A DNA stretch of 64,000 nt from Escherichia coli. GTDB taxonomy: Bacteria; Pseudomonadota; Gammaproteobacteria; Enterobacterales; Enterobacteriaceae. A model generated the notes under the pieces. It saw only the letters and a program-made list of their open reading frames with translations, did no database searches and had not been told where the DNA came from. Position 1 is the stretch's first letter; each line of letters begins with the position of its first letter. This document shows positions 48,569 to 61,038 of this stretch, one piece after another. The DNA lies in NCBI RefSeq assembly GCF_022846255.1, contig NZ_AP025682.1. One strand, written 5' to 3'. Both the position numbers and the translations under genes were made by a program.

Positions 48569-49465
48569 TTATTCCTTTTCCAGAGCCTTGCGAATAAAAC
48601 CGCCGTGTTGATCCAGGCATTTTTTAGCTTCATCGGCATCGAGATTTTTCAGTACCATCACAATGGCCGTTTTACAGTTGCGCTCGCAAGCAATTAACGC
48701 CGCTTCCGCTTGTTCGGCATTACATCCGGTAGCGTTTTTGACGATATTGACCTGGCGCACATGCAGTTTTTCGTTGGTGGCGACCACATCGACCATCAGG
48801 TTGCCGAACACTTTGCCGGATTTAATCATCAGCCCGGTGGAGAGCATGTTGAGCACCAGTTTCTGCGCCGTGCCTGCTTTCATTCGCGAAGAACCGGTAA
48901 CAACTTCGGCACCAACTACCGGCGTAATAGCAAACTCTGCGGTGGATGAAACGGCACTCCCCGGATTACAGGAAATGCCCACTGTACGGCAGCCGAGTTG
49001 GCGCGCGTATTCCAGCCCGGCAATCACATACGGCGTGCGTCCGCTGGCCGCAATACCAACCACCACATCCTGCGCGGTTAAGCCGATATTTTTCAGATCA
49101 TTAACACCACCTTCCCGGCTATCTTCTGCGCCTTCCACCGCGTGCTGAATGGCATATTCGCCGCCAGCAATCAAACCAACTACCAGGCCCGGTTTCACGC
49201 CGTAGGTCGGCGGACATTCGCTGGCATCCAGAATCCCCAGACGACCGGATGTTCCCGCACCGAGATAAATCAGACGGCCGCCGCCGCTTACCTGGGGGTG
49301 GATAACATCGATCGCCGCGGCGATATCCGGCAGTACGCGCTCAACGGCGAGTGGTACGGTTTTATCTTCATCGTTGATAATCCGGCACATTTCCAGCGTT
49401 GATACGCGGTCAATTTCAGCCGAGGCGGCGTTCGAGCCTTCGGTAATCATCTTTTCAAGTTGCAT
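48569..49465 (-). CDS. murQ: N-acetylmuramic acid 6-phosphate etherase MurQ (298 aa)
   Basis: ORF track; SIS-domain protein; 3 bp upstream of murP. Confidence 0.93.
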   Translation of the reverse strand: MQLEKMITEGSNAASAEIDRVSTLEMCRIINDEDKTVPLAVERVLPDIAAAIDVIHPQVSGGGRLIYLGAGTSGRLGILDASECPPTYGVKPGLVVGLIAGGEYAIQHAVEGAEDSREGGVNDLKNIGLTAQDVVVGIAASGRTPYVIAGLEYARQLGCRTVGISCNPGSAVSSTAEFAITPVVGAEVVTGSSRMKAGTAQKLVLNMLSTGLMIKSGKVFGNLMVDVVATNEKLHVRQVNIVKNATGCNAEQAEAALIACERNCKTAIVMVLKNLDADEAKKCLDQHGGFIRKALEKE

Positions 49466-49744
49466 CGGTGGTGACCTTAATATTTGCGATCAAATAATTG
49501 CAGATAAATGGGATCATATATCCCGATTTGATAGACACAAAGGAATCATTAAGTCCGAATATTACTCATGTGATGTCACTGAAAATGATTGCGCGCTGAC
49601 GTAACGCTTGAGGTGCTGCATAAAGCAGCGACTAAATTGAGATTTTCCTGAATTAGTGAGCTGATCCGCAGCAATATTTTGTTTATCCTGTATTTTCAGA
49701 GGGAATGGAGTGTAACGCTCTGTATTAACAAGGAGAGCATTAAA

Positions 49745-50536
49745 ATGGGTAAACTCACGGGCAAGACAGCACTGATTACGGGCGCATTGCAGGGAATTGG
49801 CGAAGGAATTGCCAGAACTTTTGCGCGTCATGGCGCAAACCTAATCTTGCTGGATATCTCCCCTGAGATCGAAAAGCTGGCGGACGAACTGTGTGGCCGT
49901 GGTCATCGCTGTACGGCGGTTGTCGCCGATGTGCGTGACCCGGCGTCGGTAGCCGCAGCTATTAAGCGCGCTAAGGAAAAAGAAGGGCGCATTGATATTC
50001 TGGTGAATAACGCAGGCGTTTGTCGTCTGGGCAGTTTCCTTGATATGAGCGATGAAGATCGCGATTTCCATATTGATATCAATATAAAAGGCGTATGGAA
50101 CGTCACGAAGGCGGTGCTGCCGGAGATGATTGCCCGCAAAGATGGCCGGATTGTGATGATGTCTTCAGTCACTGGCGATATGGTGGCAGACCCGGGCGAA
50201 ACGGCGTACGCCTTAACGAAAGCGGCGATTGTTGGCCTGACTAAATCGCTGGCGGTGGAGTACGCGCAGTCTGGTATTCGCGTTAACGCCATCTGCCCTG
50301 GATACGTTCGCACGCCAATGGCGGAAAGCATTGCCCGCCAGTCGAACCCGGAAGATCCAGAATCGGTGCTGACTGAAATGGCGAAAGCAATCCCGATGCG
50401 TCGCCTCGCCGATCCGCTGGAAGTCGGCGAACTGGCGGCCTTCCTCGCATCGGATGAATCCAGCTATTTAACCGGTACACAGAATGTGATTGATGGCGGC
50501 AGCACACTGCCGGAGACGGTTAGCGTCGGCATCTGA
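49745..50536 (+). CDS. ucpA: short-chain dehydrogenase/reductase UcpA (263 aa)
   Basis: Start at MGKLTGKTALITGALQGIG (Rossmann motif) inside ORF-track ORF 49679..50536. Confidence 0.9.
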   Translation: MGKLTGKTALITGALQGIGEGIARTFARHGANLILLDISPEIEKLADELCGRGHRCTAVVADVRDPASVAAAIKRAKEKEGRIDILVNNAGVCRLGSFLDMSDEDRDFHIDINIKGVWNVTKAVLPEMIARKDGRIVMMSSVTGDMVADPGETAYALTKAAIVGLTKSLAVEYAQSGIRVNAICPGYVRTPMAESIARQSNPEDPESVLTEMAKAIPMRRLADPLEVGELAAFLASDESSYLTGTQNVIDGGSTLPETVSVGI

Positions 50537-50548
50537 TTCACCTCTGTT

Positions 50549-50580
50549 TCCTCCCTGCATTTGTGGGGAGGATTTCGTCT
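50549..50580 (+). terminator. terminator after ucpA
   Basis: tcctccc-tgcatttgtg-gggagga hairpin followed by T-rich tract. Confidence 0.5.
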
Positions 50581-50693
50581 TATTCCCTTTTCAACTTCCA
50601 AATCACCAAACGGTATATAAAACCGTTACTCCTTTCACGTCCGTTATAAATATGATGGCTATTAGAAAGTCATTAAATTTATAAGGGTGCGCA

Positions 50694-51710
50694 ATGGCCG
50701 TTAACTTACTGAAAAAGAACTCACTCGTGCTGGTTGCTTCTCTGCTACTGGCGGGCCATGTACAGGCAACGGAACTGCTGAACAGTTCTTATGACGTCTC
50801 CCGCGAGCTGTTTGCCGCCCTGAACCCGCCGTTTGAGCAACAATGGGCAAAAGATAACGGTGGCGACAAACTGACGATTAAACAATCTCATGCCGGATCA
50901 TCAAAACAGGCGCTGGCAATTTTGCAGGGTTTAAAAGCCGACGTTGTCACTTATAACCAGGTGACCGACGTACAAATCCTGCACGATAAAGGCAAGCTGA
51001 TCCCAGCGGACTGGCAGTCGCGCCTGCCGAATAATAGCTCGCCGTTCTACTCCACCATGGGCTTCCTGGTGCGTAAGGGCAACCCGAAGAATATCCACGA
51101 CTGGAACGACCTGGTACGCTCTGACGTGAAGCTGATTTTCCCGAACCCGAAAACGTCGGGTAACGCGCGTTATACCTACCTTGCGGCATGGGGCGCAGCA
51201 GACAAAGCCGACGGTGGTGATAAAGCCAAAACCGAACAGTTTATGACCCAGTTCCTGAAAAACGTTGAAGTGTTCGATACTGGCGGTCGTGGCGCGACCA
51301 CCACTTTTGCCGAGCGCGGCCTGGGCGATGTGCTGATCAGCTTCGAGTCGGAAGTGAACAACATCCGTAAACAGTATGAAGCGCAGGGCTTTGAAGTGGT
51401 GATTCCGAAAACCAACATTCTGGCGGAATTCCCGGTGGCGTGGGTCGATAAAAATGTGCAGGCCAACGGCACGGAAAAAGCGGCAAAAGCCTACCTGAAC
51501 TGGCTCTACAGCCCGCAGGCGCAAACCATCATCACCGACTATTACTACCGCGTAAATAACCCGGAAGTCATGGACAAACTGAAAGATAAATTCCCGCAGA
51601 CCGAGCTGTTCCGCGTGGAAGACAAATTTGGCTCCTGGCCGGAAGTGATGAAAACCCACTTCACCAGCGGCGGCGAGTTAGACAAGCTGTTAGCGGCGGG
51701 GCGTAAGTAA
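50694..51710 (+). CDS. cysP: thiosulfate/sulfate ABC transporter periplasmic binding protein CysP (338 aa)
   Basis: ORF track; signal peptide. Confidence 0.95.
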   Translation: MAVNLLKKNSLVLVASLLLAGHVQATELLNSSYDVSRELFAALNPPFEQQWAKDNGGDKLTIKQSHAGSSKQALAILQGLKADVVTYNQVTDVQILHDKGKLIPADWQSRLPNNSSPFYSTMGFLVRKGNPKNIHDWNDLVRSDVKLIFPNPKTSGNARYTYLAAWGAADKADGGDKAKTEQFMTQFLKNVEVFDTGGRGATTTFAERGLGDVLISFESEVNNIRKQYEAQGFEVVIPKTNILAEFPVAWVDKNVQANGTEKAAKAYLNWLYSPQAQTIITDYYYRVNNPEVMDKLKDKFPQTELFRVEDKFGSWPEVMKTHFTSGGELDKLLAAGRK

Positions 51711-52543
51711 TGTTTGCCGTTTCTTCAAGACGCGTGCTGCCGGGCTTTACCTTAAGCCTCGGCACCAGTCTGCTGTTTGTGTGCCTGATTTTGCTGCTGC
51801 CGCTCTCCGCGCTGGTGATGCAACTGGCCCAGATGAGCTGGGCGCAGTACTGGGAGGTGATCACCAACCCGCAGGTGGTCGCAGCCTATAAAGTGACGCT
51901 GCTGTCGGCGTTTGTGGCATCGATTTTTAACGGCGTTTTCGGTCTGCTGATGGCGTGGATCTTAACCCGCTATCGCTTTCCGGGTCGCACGCTGCTTGAT
52001 GCGCTGATGGATTTACCCTTTGCGCTGCCAACGGCAGTCGCCGGTTTAACGCTGGCCTCGCTCTTTTCCGTGAACGGTTTTTACGGTGAATGGCTGGCGA
52101 AGTTTGATATCAAAGTCACCTATACCTGGCTGGGGATTGCGGTGGCGATGGCCTTTACCAGCATTCCGTTTGTGGTGCGCACCGTGCAGCCGGTGCTGGA
52201 AGAGTTAGGCCCGGAATATGAAGAGGCGGCAGAAACGCTCGGCGCAACACGCTGGCAGAGTTTTCGCAAAGTGGTGCTGCCGGAACTATCTCCGGCGCTG
52301 GTGGCGGGTGTGGCGCTGTCGTTTACCCGCAGCCTCGGTGAGTTTGGCGCGGTGATTTTTATCGCCGGGAATATCGCCTGGAAAACAGAAGTGACGTCGC
52401 TGATGATCTTTGTTCGCTTACAGGAGTTTGATTACCCGGCGGCGAGCGCGATTGCCTCGGTGATCCTCGCGGCATCGCTGCTGTTGCTGTTCTCAATTAA
52501 CACTCTGCAAAGTCGCTTTGGTCGGCGTGTGGTAGGTCATTAA
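51710..52543 (+). CDS. cysU: sulfate/thiosulfate ABC transporter permease CysU (CysT) (277 aa)
   Basis: ORF track; start overlaps cysP stop. Confidence 0.95.
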   Translation: MFAVSSRRVLPGFTLSLGTSLLFVCLILLLPLSALVMQLAQMSWAQYWEVITNPQVVAAYKVTLLSAFVASIFNGVFGLLMAWILTRYRFPGRTLLDALMDLPFALPTAVAGLTLASLFSVNGFYGEWLAKFDIKVTYTWLGIAVAMAFTSIPFVVRTVQPVLEELGPEYEEAAETLGATRWQSFRKVVLPELSPALVAGVALSFTRSLGEFGAVIFIAGNIAWKTEVTSLMIFVRLQEFDYPAASAIASVILAASLLLLFSINTLQSRFGRRVVGH

Positions 52544-53418
52544 TGGCGGAAGTGACACAATTGAAGCGTTATGACGCGCGCCCGATTAACTGGGGCAAAT
52601 GGTTTCTGATTGGCATCGGGATGCTGGTATCGGCGTTCATCCTGCTGGTACCGATGATTTATATCTTCGTACAGGCGTTCAGCAAAGGACTGATGCCGGT
52701 GTTACAAAATCTGGCCGATCCGGACATGCTGCACGCCATCTGGCTGACGGTGATGATCGCGCTGATTGCCGTACCGGTAAACCTGGTGTTCGGTATTCTG
52801 CTGGCCTGGCTGGTGACGCGCTTTAACTTCCCCGGACGCCAGCTATTGCTGACGCTGTTGGACATTCCGTTTGCCGTGTCGCCGGTGGTTGCTGGTCTGG
52901 TGTATCTGCTGTTCTACGGCTCTAACGGCCCGCTGGGCGGCTGGCTGGATGAACATAATCTGCAAATTATGTTCTCCTGGCCGGGTATGGTACTGGTCAC
53001 CATCTTCGTGACGTGTCCGTTTGTGGTGCGCGAGCTGGTGCCGGTAATGTTAAGTCAGGGCAGCCAGGAAGACGAAGCGGCTATTTTGCTTGGCGCGTCC
53101 GGCTGGCAGATGTTCCGTCGCGTCACGCTGCCGAACATCCGCTGGGCGCTGCTTTACGGCGTGGTGCTGACCAACGCCCGCGCGATTGGCGAGTTTGGCG
53201 CGGTGTCGGTGGTTTCTGGCTCGATTCGCGGCGAAACACTTTCGCTGCCGTTACAGATTGAATTGCTGGAGCAGGACTACAACACCGTCGGCTCCTTTAC
53301 CGCCGCGGCGCTGTTGACGCTGATGGCGATTATCACCCTGTTTTTAAAGAGTATGTTGCAGTGGCGCCTGGAGAACCAGGAAAAACGCGCGCAGCAGGAG
53401 GAGCATCATGAGCATTGA
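52543..53418 (+). CDS. cysW: sulfate/thiosulfate ABC transporter permease CysW (291 aa)
   Basis: ORF track; start overlaps cysU stop. Confidence 0.95.
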   Translation: MAEVTQLKRYDARPINWGKWFLIGIGMLVSAFILLVPMIYIFVQAFSKGLMPVLQNLADPDMLHAIWLTVMIALIAVPVNLVFGILLAWLVTRFNFPGRQLLLTLLDIPFAVSPVVAGLVYLLFYGSNGPLGGWLDEHNLQIMFSWPGMVLVTIFVTCPFVVRELVPVMLSQGSQEDEAAILLGASGWQMFRRVTLPNIRWALLYGVVLTNARAIGEFGAVSVVSGSIRGETLSLPLQIELLEQDYNTVGSFTAAALLTLMAIITLFLKSMLQWRLENQEKRAQQEEHHEH

Positions 53419-54505
53419 GATTGCCAATATTAAGAAGTCGTTTGGTCGCACCCAGGTGCTGAACGATATCTCACTGGATATTCCTTCTGGTCAGATGGTC
53501 GCGTTGCTTGGGCCGTCCGGTTCCGGGAAAACCACGCTGCTGCGCATTATCGCCGGGCTGGAGCATCAAACCAGTGGGCATATTCGCTTTCACGGTACCG
53601 ACGTGAGCCGTCTGCACGCGCGGGACCGTAAAGTCGGTTTCGTGTTCCAGCATTACGCGCTGTTTCGCCATATGACGGTGTTTGACAATATCGCTTTTGG
53701 CCTGACGGTGTTGCCACGGCGTGAACGCCCGAATGCGGTGGCGATCAAAGCGAAAGTGACAAAATTGCTGGAGATGGTGCAGCTTGCTCATCTGGCAGAC
53801 CGCTATCCTGCGCAGCTTTCCGGCGGCCAGAAACAGCGTGTGGCGCTGGCGCGCGCGCTTGCTGTAGAACCGCAAATTCTGCTGCTTGATGAACCGTTTG
53901 GCGCGCTGGATGCGCAGGTGCGTAAAGAGTTGCGTCGCTGGCTGCGTCAGTTACATGAAGAGCTGAAATTCACCAGCGTGTTTGTGACCCATGACCAGGA
54001 AGAAGCGACCGAAGTAGCCGATCGTGTAGTGGTGATGAGCCAGGGCAATATCGAGCAGGCTGATGCACCGGACCAGGTATGGCGCGAACCAGCGACCCGT
54101 TTTGTACTCGAATTTATGGGCGAAGTTAACCGCCTGCAGGGAACCATTCGCGGCGGGCAGTTCCATGTTGGCGCACATCGCTGGCCGCTGGGCTATACAC
54201 CTGCGTATCAGGGGCCAGTGGATCTCTTCCTGCGTCCGTGGGAAGTGGATATCAGCCGCCGTACCAGCCTCGATTCGCCGCTGCCGGTACAGGTACTGGA
54301 AGCCAGCCCGAAAGGCCACTACACCCAATTAGTCGTGCAGCCGCTGGGGTGGTACAACGAAGCGCTGACGGTCGTGATGCACGGCGACGACGCCCCGCAA
54401 CGTGGCGAGCGTTTATTCGTTGGTCTGCAACATGCGCGGCTGTATAACGGCGACGAGCGTATTGAAACCCGCGATGAGGAACTTGCTCTCGCACAAAGCG
54501 CCTGA
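53408..54505 (+). CDS. cysA: sulfate/thiosulfate ABC transporter ATP-binding protein CysA (365 aa)
   Basis: Walker [10 protein letters not shown] and ABC signature [15 protein letters not shown]. Confidence 0.96.
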   Translation: MSIEIANIKKSFGRTQVLNDISLDIPSGQMVALLGPSGSGKTTLLRIIAGLEHQTSGHIRFHGTDVSRLHARDRKVGFVFQHYALFRHMTVFDNIAFGLTVLPRRERPNAVAIKAKVTKLLEMVQLAHLADRYPAQLSGGQKQRVALARALAVEPQILLLDEPFGALDAQVRKELRRWLRQLHEELKFTSVFVTHDQEEATEVADRVVVMSQGNIEQADAPDQVWREPATRFVLEFMGEVNRLQGTIRGGQFHVGAHRWPLGYTPAYQGPVDLFLRPWEVDISRRTSLDSPLPVQVLEASPKGHYTQLVVQPLGWYNEALTVVMHGDDAPQRGERLFVGLQHARLYNGDERIETRDEELALAQSA

Positions 54506-54526
54506 TAGGTTGAGTGAATGTTAAAC

Positions 54527-54559
54527 GCCCGGAGGCGCTTCCCGCGATCCGGGCTTTTT
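54527..54559 (+). terminator. terminator after cysA
   Basis: gcccgg...ccgggc hairpin followed by ttttt. Confidence 0.55.
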
Positions 54560-54577
54560 AATGGCAAGGTTTGTAAC

Positions 54578-54625
54578 CTGTAGGTCTGATAAGACGCGCA
54601 AGCGTCGCATCAGGCAACACCACGT
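54578..54625. repeat. REP element between cysA and cysM
   Basis: ctgtaggtctgataagacgcgcaagcgtcgcatcaggca. Confidence 0.75.
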
Positions 54626-54638
54626 ATGGACAGAGATC

Positions 54639-55550
54639 GTGAGTACATTAGAACAAACAATAGGCAATACGCCTCTGGTGAAGTTGCAGCGAATGGGGCC
54701 GGATAACGGCAGTGAAGTGTGGTTAAAGCTGGAAGGCAATAATCCGGCCGGTTCGGTGAAAGATCGTGCGGCGCTTTCGATGATCGTCGAGGCGGAAAAG
54801 CGCGGGGAAATTAAACCGGGTGATGTGTTAATCGAAGCCACCAGTGGTAACACCGGGATTGCGCTGGCAATGATTGCCGCGCTAAAAGGCTATCGCATGA
54901 AATTGCTGATGCCCGACAACATGAGCCAGGAACGCCGTGCGGCGATGCTGGCATACGGTGCGGAACTGATTCTTGTCACCAAAGAGCAGGGCATGGAAGG
55001 TGCGCGCGATCTGGCGCTGGAGATGGCCAATCGTGGTGAAGGAAAGCTGCTCGATCAGTTCAACAATCCCGATAACCCTTACGCCCATTACACCACTACC
55101 GGGCCGGAAATCTGGCAGCAAACCGGCGGGCGCATTACCCATTTTGTCTCCAGCATGGGAACAACCGGCACTATCACCGGCGTTTCACGCTTTATGCGCG
55201 AACAATCCAAACCGGTGACCATTGTTGGCCTGCAGCCGGAAGAAGGCAGCAGCATTCCGGGCATTCGCCGCTGGCCTGCGGAATATCTACCGGGGATTTT
55301 CAACGCTTCGCTGGTGGATGAGGTGCTGGATATTCATCAGCGCGATGCGGAAAACACCATGCGCGAACTGGCTGTGCGGGAAGGGATTTTCTGCGGCGTA
55401 AGCTCCGGCGGCGCGGTTGCCGGAGCACTGCGCGTGGCAAAAGCTAACCCCGGCGCGGTGGTTGTGGCGATCATCTGCGATCGCGGCGATCGTTACCTTT
55501 CTACCGGGGTATTCGGGGAAGAGCATTTTAGTCAGGGGGCGGGCATTTAA
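54639..55550 (+). CDS. cysM: cysteine synthase B CysM (303 aa)
   Basis: Recognised protein begins (M)STLEQTIGNTPLVKLQRMG at a GTG codon within ORF-track ORF 54561..55550. Confidence 0.92.
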   Translation: MSTLEQTIGNTPLVKLQRMGPDNGSEVWLKLEGNNPAGSVKDRAALSMIVEAEKRGEIKPGDVLIEATSGNTGIALAMIAALKGYRMKLLMPDNMSQERRAAMLAYGAELILVTKEQGMEGARDLALEMANRGEGKLLDQFNNPDNPYAHYTTTGPEIWQQTGGRITHFVSSMGTTGTITGVSRFMREQSKPVTIVGLQPEEGSSIPGIRRWPAEYLPGIFNASLVDEVLDIHQRDAENTMRELAVREGIFCGVSSGGAVAGALRVAKANPGAVVVAIICDRGDRYLSTGVFGEEHFSQGAGI

Positions 55551-55552
55551 GA

Positions 55553-56012
<460 letters not shown>

Positions 56013-56025
56013 GAGAAAAAATTAA

Positions 56026-56877
56026 ATGAGTAGTTTGTTGTTGTTTAACGATAAGAGCAGGGCACTGCAGGCGGATATCGTTGCCGTGCAGTCGCAGGTA
56101 GTGTACGGCAGCGTAGGCAACAGCATTGCGGTGCCTGCTATCAAACAGAACGGCCTGAATGTCTTTGCCGTGCCGACGGTATTGCTGAGCAATACGCCGC
56201 ATTATGACACTTTCTACGGTGGTGCGATTCCGGATGAATGGTTTAGCGGTTATTTGCGTGCGCTTCAGGAGCGTGATGCGCTGCGCCAACTTCGTGCTGT
56301 AACCACGGGCTATATGGGAACGGCATCGCAAATCAAAATCCTTGCCGAGTGGCTGACTGCGCTACGCAAAGACCATCCTGACCTATTGATCATGGTCGAT
56401 CCGGTGATTGGCGATATTGATAGCGGAATTTATGTCAAACCTAACCTTCCCGAGGCGTATCGACAATATTTACTGCCGCTGGCGCAGGGAATTACCCCCA
56501 ATATCTTTGAGCTGGAAATCCTGACCGGTAAAAATTGCCGCGATCTCGACAGTGTCATTGCTGCCGCAAAAAGTCTGCTTTCAGACACATTAAAATGGGT
56601 GGTGGTTACCAGCGCCTCCGGTAACGAAGAAAATCAGGAGATGCAGGTGGTGGTGGTGAGTGCCGACAGCGTGAATGTCATTTCCCATTCACGGGTAAAA
56701 ACCGATCTGAAAGGGACTGGCGACCTGTTTTGTGCTCAGCTTATCAGTGGTTTGCTGAAAGGGAAGGCGTTAAACGATGCGGTGCACCGCGCGGGGTTGC
56801 GCGTACTGGAAGTGATGCGCTATACCCAGCAGCATGAGAGCGATGAATTGATTTTGCCGCCTCTGGCTGAAGCATAA
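56026..56877 (+). CDS. pdxK: pyridoxal/pyridoxine/pyridoxamine kinase PdxK (283 aa)
   Basis: ORF track; ribokinase-like fold. Confidence 0.92.
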   Translation: MSSLLLFNDKSRALQADIVAVQSQVVYGSVGNSIAVPAIKQNGLNVFAVPTVLLSNTPHYDTFYGGAIPDEWFSGYLRALQERDALRQLRAVTTGYMGTASQIKILAEWLTALRKDHPDLLIMVDPVIGDIDSGIYVKPNLPEAYRQYLLPLAQGITPNIFELEILTGKNCRDLDSVIAAAKSLLSDTLKWVVVTSASGNEENQEMQVVVVSADSVNVISHSRVKTDLKGTGDLFCAQLISGLLKGKALNDAVHRAGLRVLEVMRYTQQHESDELILPPLAEA

Positions 56878-56906
56878 AAAAATGGCGCCGATGGGCGCCA
56901 TTTTTC
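56876..56906. terminator. bidirectional terminator between convergent pdxK and crr
   Basis: aaaaa-atggcgcc-gatg-ggcgccat-ttttt. Confidence 0.7.
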
Positions 56907-56919
56907 ACTGCGGCAAGAA

Positions 56920-57429
56920 TTACTTCTTGATGCGGATAACCGGGGTTTCGCCCACAGTCACGCTACCGGACAGTTTGATCAGTTCTTTGATTTCGTCCAT
57001 GTTGGAGATAACAACCGGAGTCAGGGTTGACTTGGCTTTCTCTTCCAGCAGCGGCAGATCAAATTCAATGACAGTATCACCAACTTTCACGCGCTGACCT
57101 TCTTCAGCAATACGCTTGAAGCCTTCGCCTTTCAGTTCAACGGTGTCGATACCGAAGTGGACGAACAGCTCAACGCCGCTATCAGATTCGATAGAGAACG
57201 CGTGGTTGGTTTCAAAGATTTTACCAATGGTGCCGTCTACAGGCGCGACCATTTTGTTACCCGTTGGTTTGATAGCAATGCCATCACCAACGATTTTTTC
57301 CGCAAAAACGACATCCGGCACGTCTTCGATATTGACGATCTCGCCAGAGAGCGGAGCAATGATCTCAATAGTTCCGGTATCCTTCTTGTCGTCGGAAACC
57401 AGAGATTTCAGTTTATCGAACAAACCCAT
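56920..57429 (-). CDS. crr: PTS glucose-specific EIIA component Crr (169 aa)
   Basis: ORF track; [39 protein letters not shown]. Confidence 0.97.
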
Positions 57430-57469
57430 GATCTTCTCCTAAGCAGTAAATTGGGCCGCATCTCGTGGA

Positions 57470-59197
57470 TTAGCAGATTGTTTTTTCTTCAATGAACTTG
57501 TTAACCAGCGTCATTAACTCGTCCGTTGTCGGTTGAGCAAGAGCCTGCTCTGCTAACACCTTCGCATCTTCGAAGTTCGTGTTACGGATAATCTTCTTAA
57601 TGCGCGGGATAGAAATGGCGCTCATAGAGAATTCGTCCAGACCCATCCCCAGCAACAGAAGTGTAGCACGTTCATCGCCTGCAAGCTCACCACACATGCC
57701 AGTCCATTTGCCTTCAGCATGAGAAGCATCAATAACTTGCTTGATCAAGTTCAGCACGGACGGTGACATTGGCTGGTAAAGGTGTGAAATCATATCATTA
57801 CCACGGTCAACTGCCAGAGTGTACTGCGTTAAATCATTGGTGCCGATACTAAAGAAATCAACTTCTTTGGCTAAATGACGTGCAATTGTTGCGGCAGCCG
57901 GTGTTTCCACCATTACGCCGATTTCAATTGACTCGTCAAACGCTTTACCTTCGTCGCGCAGTTCCTGTTTGTAGATTTCGATCTCTTTGCGCAGTGCACG
58001 TACTTCTTCAACAGAGATGATCATCGGGAACATAATGCGCAATTTACCGAAAGCCGAGGCACGCAGGATAGCGCGGAGCTGATCGCGCAGGATCTCTTTA
58101 CGATCCATCGCGATACGGATAGCGCGCCAGCCGAGGAACGGGTTCTCTTCTTTCGGGAAGTTCATGTATGGCAGCTCTTTGTCGCCGCCGATGTCCATGG
58201 TACGAACGATAACCGCCTGCGAGCCACACGCTTCAGCCACTGCTTTGTAAGCAGCAAACTGTTCTTCTTCAGTGGGCAGCGCGTCGCGGTCCATGAACAG
58301 GAACTCAGTACGATACAGACCAACGCCTTCAGCGCCGTTACGCTCTGCACCTTCAACGTCACGAACCGTACCAATGTTAGCGCACACTTCTACCTGGTGA
58401 CCGTCCAGCGTAATAGCTGGCAGATCTTTCAGTTTAGCAAGCTCTGCTTTTTCAGAAGCCACTTGCTCCTGAACAGCGCGCATTTTATCAATAACTTCGT
58501 TGGTTGGATTGACGTAAACCTGATTATTTACGGCATCCAGAATCAGATAGTCGTCATTTTTCACCTGAGAGGTGACGCTACCGGTACCCACGATAGCAGG
58601 CAGTTCCAGAGAACGCGCCATGATAGAGGTGTGGGAAGTACGGCCACCCGCGTCGGTGATGAAACCCAGCACCTTCTTCAGGTTCAGCTGTGCGGTTTCG
58701 GACGGCGTCAGGTCAGCGGCAACCAGAATGACTTCATCCTGAATGGCGCTCAGGTCGATAATCTTCAGGCCCAGGATGTTGCGCAGCAGGCGCTTACCGA
58801 TATCACGTACGTCAGCCGCACGTTCTTTCAGGTATTCATCATCCAGCTCTTCCAGGGCAGAAGCCTGACCTTCGATAACTTCATGAGCAGCTGCGTCAGC
58901 TGTCATGTGCTTATCTTTAATCAGGGCTATGATTTCCTGCTCCAGCTCCTCATCTTCGAGCAGCATAATATGCCCTTCAAAGATGGCTTCTTTTTCTTCA
59001 CCGAACGTTTCACCAGCTTTCGTTTTGATCGTTTCCAGCTGGGCTGATGCCTTGGCACGACCGCTCAGAAAACGTTCAACTTCCTGATCAACCTGGTCGG
59101 CAGAAATTTTTTTCCGGTCAATGACAATTTCGTCTTCTTTCAGAAGCAGAGCTTTACCGAAAGCGATACCCGGGGATGCTAAAATGCCTGAAATCAT
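57470..59197 (-). CDS. ptsI: PTS enzyme I (PtsI, 575 aa)
   Basis: ORF track; [23 protein letters not shown]. Confidence 0.97.
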   Translation of the reverse strand: MISGILASPGIAFGKALLLKEDEIVIDRKKISADQVDQEVERFLSGRAKASAQLETIKTKAGETFGEEKEAIFEGHIMLLEDEELEQEIIALIKDKHMTADAAAHEVIEGQASALEELDDEYLKERAADVRDIGKRLLRNILGLKIIDLSAIQDEVILVAADLTPSETAQLNLKKVLGFITDAGGRTSHTSIMARSLELPAIVGTGSVTSQVKNDDYLILDAVNNQVYVNPTNEVIDKMRAVQEQVASEKAELAKLKDLPAITLDGHQVEVCANIGTVRDVEGAERNGAEGVGLYRTEFLFMDRDALPTEEEQFAAYKAVAEACGSQAVIVRTMDIGGDKELPYMNFPKEENPFLGWRAIRIAMDRKEILRDQLRAILRASAFGKLRIMFPMIISVEEVRALRKEIEIYKQELRDEGKAFDESIEIGVMVETPAAATIARHLAKEVDFFSIGTNDLTQYTLAVDRGNDMISHLYQPMSPSVLNLIKQVIDASHAEGKWTGMCGELAGDERATLLLLGMGLDEFSMSAISIPRIKKIIRNTNFEDAKVLAEQALAQPTTDELMTLVNKFIEEKTIC

Positions 59198-59241
59198 AAC
59201 CCTACCTTACTTGTGACTGATTTTTAAAAGAACCCGGGAAA

Positions 59242-59499
59242 TTACTCGAGTTCCGCCATCAGTTTAACCAGATGTTCAACCGCTTTCTGCTCGTCTTCGC
59301 CTTCTGCGGAGATAGTCACAACGGTACCTTGAGTCAGGCCCAGAGTCTGCAGTTTAAACAGGCTTTTCGCGCTGGCGCTTTTGCCGTTGGAAGTCACAGT
59401 AATTTCAGAAGTGAAGCCCTTAGCTTCTTTTACAAACTGGGCAGCAGGGCGGGTGTGCAGACCGTTCGGAGCGGTAATGGTAACTTCTTGCTGGAACAT
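59242..59499 (-). CDS. ptsH: PTS phosphocarrier protein HPr (85 aa)
   Basis: ORF track; [27 protein letters not shown] with active-site His15. Confidence 0.97.
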
Positions 59500-59832
59500 T
59501 GTATTTCCCCAACTTATAGGTTTAGTGTTGTGGAACTAAAGTCTAGCCTGGCGGTTCGACTTTAGCCTGTATTGTTAGCGCCAGTTTTTAACAGACGCGA
59601 CACACGAAGAGCGCAATACAGTCCATTGCTGGCGGGTGTTGACCGCTGACGTTTCGTACGTCATTAAACATTATGCCGCTAAAGGAAGAATTGAACCAAA
59701 TCATAAAATCGATTCAGCTTTGGCTTTTCCTGTAACGATTAATTTCGCGCATCAAAATAATTAGTCTGGTTAAATACCAGTTCCGACAGGCTGAATCAAT
59801 GCCAGGAGGGGCGAAAGTTTGAAGCAGGCCAC

Positions 59833-59860
59833 AAAAAAGCACCTGAAAAGGTGCTTTTTT
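59833..59860 (-). terminator. terminator after cysK
   Basis: aaaaaagcacctgaaaaggtgctttttt; hairpin with flanking A and T runs about 23 nt past the cysK stop. Confidence 0.7.
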
Positions 59861-59882
59861 ACGCATTTTTAACAAGCTGGCA

Positions 59883-60854
59883 TTACTGTTGCAGTTCTTT
59901 CTCAGTGAAGAGATCGGCAAACAATGCGGTGCTTAAATAACGCTCACCCGATGACGGCAGAATAACCACAATATTCTTATTGGTAAAGCTTTCATCTTCT
60001 TGTAGTTTCAACGCCGCAGCAACAGCTGCTCCAGAAGAGATACCAGCAAGAATACCTTCTTCTTCCATCAGACGACGTGCGGTAGAAATGGCTTCTTCAT
60101 TGGTGATGCCAATGACTTTGTCGACCAGCTTGAGATCAAGGTTAGCCGGGATAAAACCAGCGCCAATACCCTGAATTTTATGCGGACCAGGTTTAATCTC
60201 TTCACCTGCCAGCGCCTGGGCGATAACTGGAGAATCGGTTGGCTCAACGGCGACAGAGATAAGATCGGTCTTGCCTTTGGTGCCTTTAATGTAGCGGCTG
60301 ACGCCAGTCAGCGTACCGCCAGTCCCAACGCCAGCAATAAATACATCAACCTGACCGTCGGTATCTTCCCAGATCTCCGGACCGGTGGTTTTTTCGTGAA
60401 TTTCAGGGTTTGCCGGATTGCTGAATTGTTGCAGCAGCAGGTATTTCTCTGGATTGCTGGCGACAATTTCTTCTGCTTTTTGGATTGCGCCTTTCATGCC
60501 TTTAGCACCTTCGGTCAGCACCAGGTTTGCACCTAACGCTTTCAGCAGCTTGCGGCGTTCAATACTCATGGTTTCTGGCATAGTCAGGGTGAGTTTGTAA
60601 CCGCGAGCGGCAGCGACATAGGCCAGTGCAATCCCGGTATTACCGCTGGTTGGTTCAACCAGTTCAACGCCTGGTTTCAGCACGCCGCGCTTCTCGGCAT
60701 CCCAAATCATGTTGGCACCGATACGGCACTTAACGCTGAAGCTGGGGTTACGAGATTCCACCTTCGCCAGAATGCGTCCGTTACCGATGCGATTCAGGCG
60801 AACCAGCGGCGTGTGACCGATAGTCAGCGAGTTATCTTCAAAAATCTTACTCAT
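59883..60854 (-). CDS. cysK: cysteine synthase A CysK (323 aa)
   Basis: ORF track; PLP-binding lysine context [11 protein letters not shown]. Confidence 0.97.
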   Translation of the reverse strand: MSKIFEDNSLTIGHTPLVRLNRIGNGRILAKVESRNPSFSVKCRIGANMIWDAEKRGVLKPGVELVEPTSGNTGIALAYVAAARGYKLTLTMPETMSIERRKLLKALGANLVLTEGAKGMKGAIQKAEEIVASNPEKYLLLQQFSNPANPEIHEKTTGPEIWEDTDGQVDVFIAGVGTGGTLTGVSRYIKGTKGKTDLISVAVEPTDSPVIAQALAGEEIKPGPHKIQGIGAGFIPANLDLKLVDKVIGITNEEAISTARRLMEEEGILAGISSGAAVAAALKLQEDESFTNKNIVVILPSSGERYLSTALFADLFTEKELQQ

Positions 60855-61038
60855 GGCCTGTCCTTAACTGTATGAAATTGGGATACAACAGGTAGCATAC
60901 CCGCTCAGAGAATATGCGGAAGTAAGGATTTAGCATATCTATATGCAGAAGGGAAATAATGACATGCAAGATGGAATAAGGGGCGGCATAAGCCACCCCT
61001 GTTTCACACAAACGGTTTACAAAATAACCGGTAGATTG

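Noticed and set aside
50931-51659. 242-aa minus-strand ORF
   Set aside because: Antisense to cysP.
58397-59047. 216-aa plus-strand ORF
   Set aside because: Antisense to ptsI.
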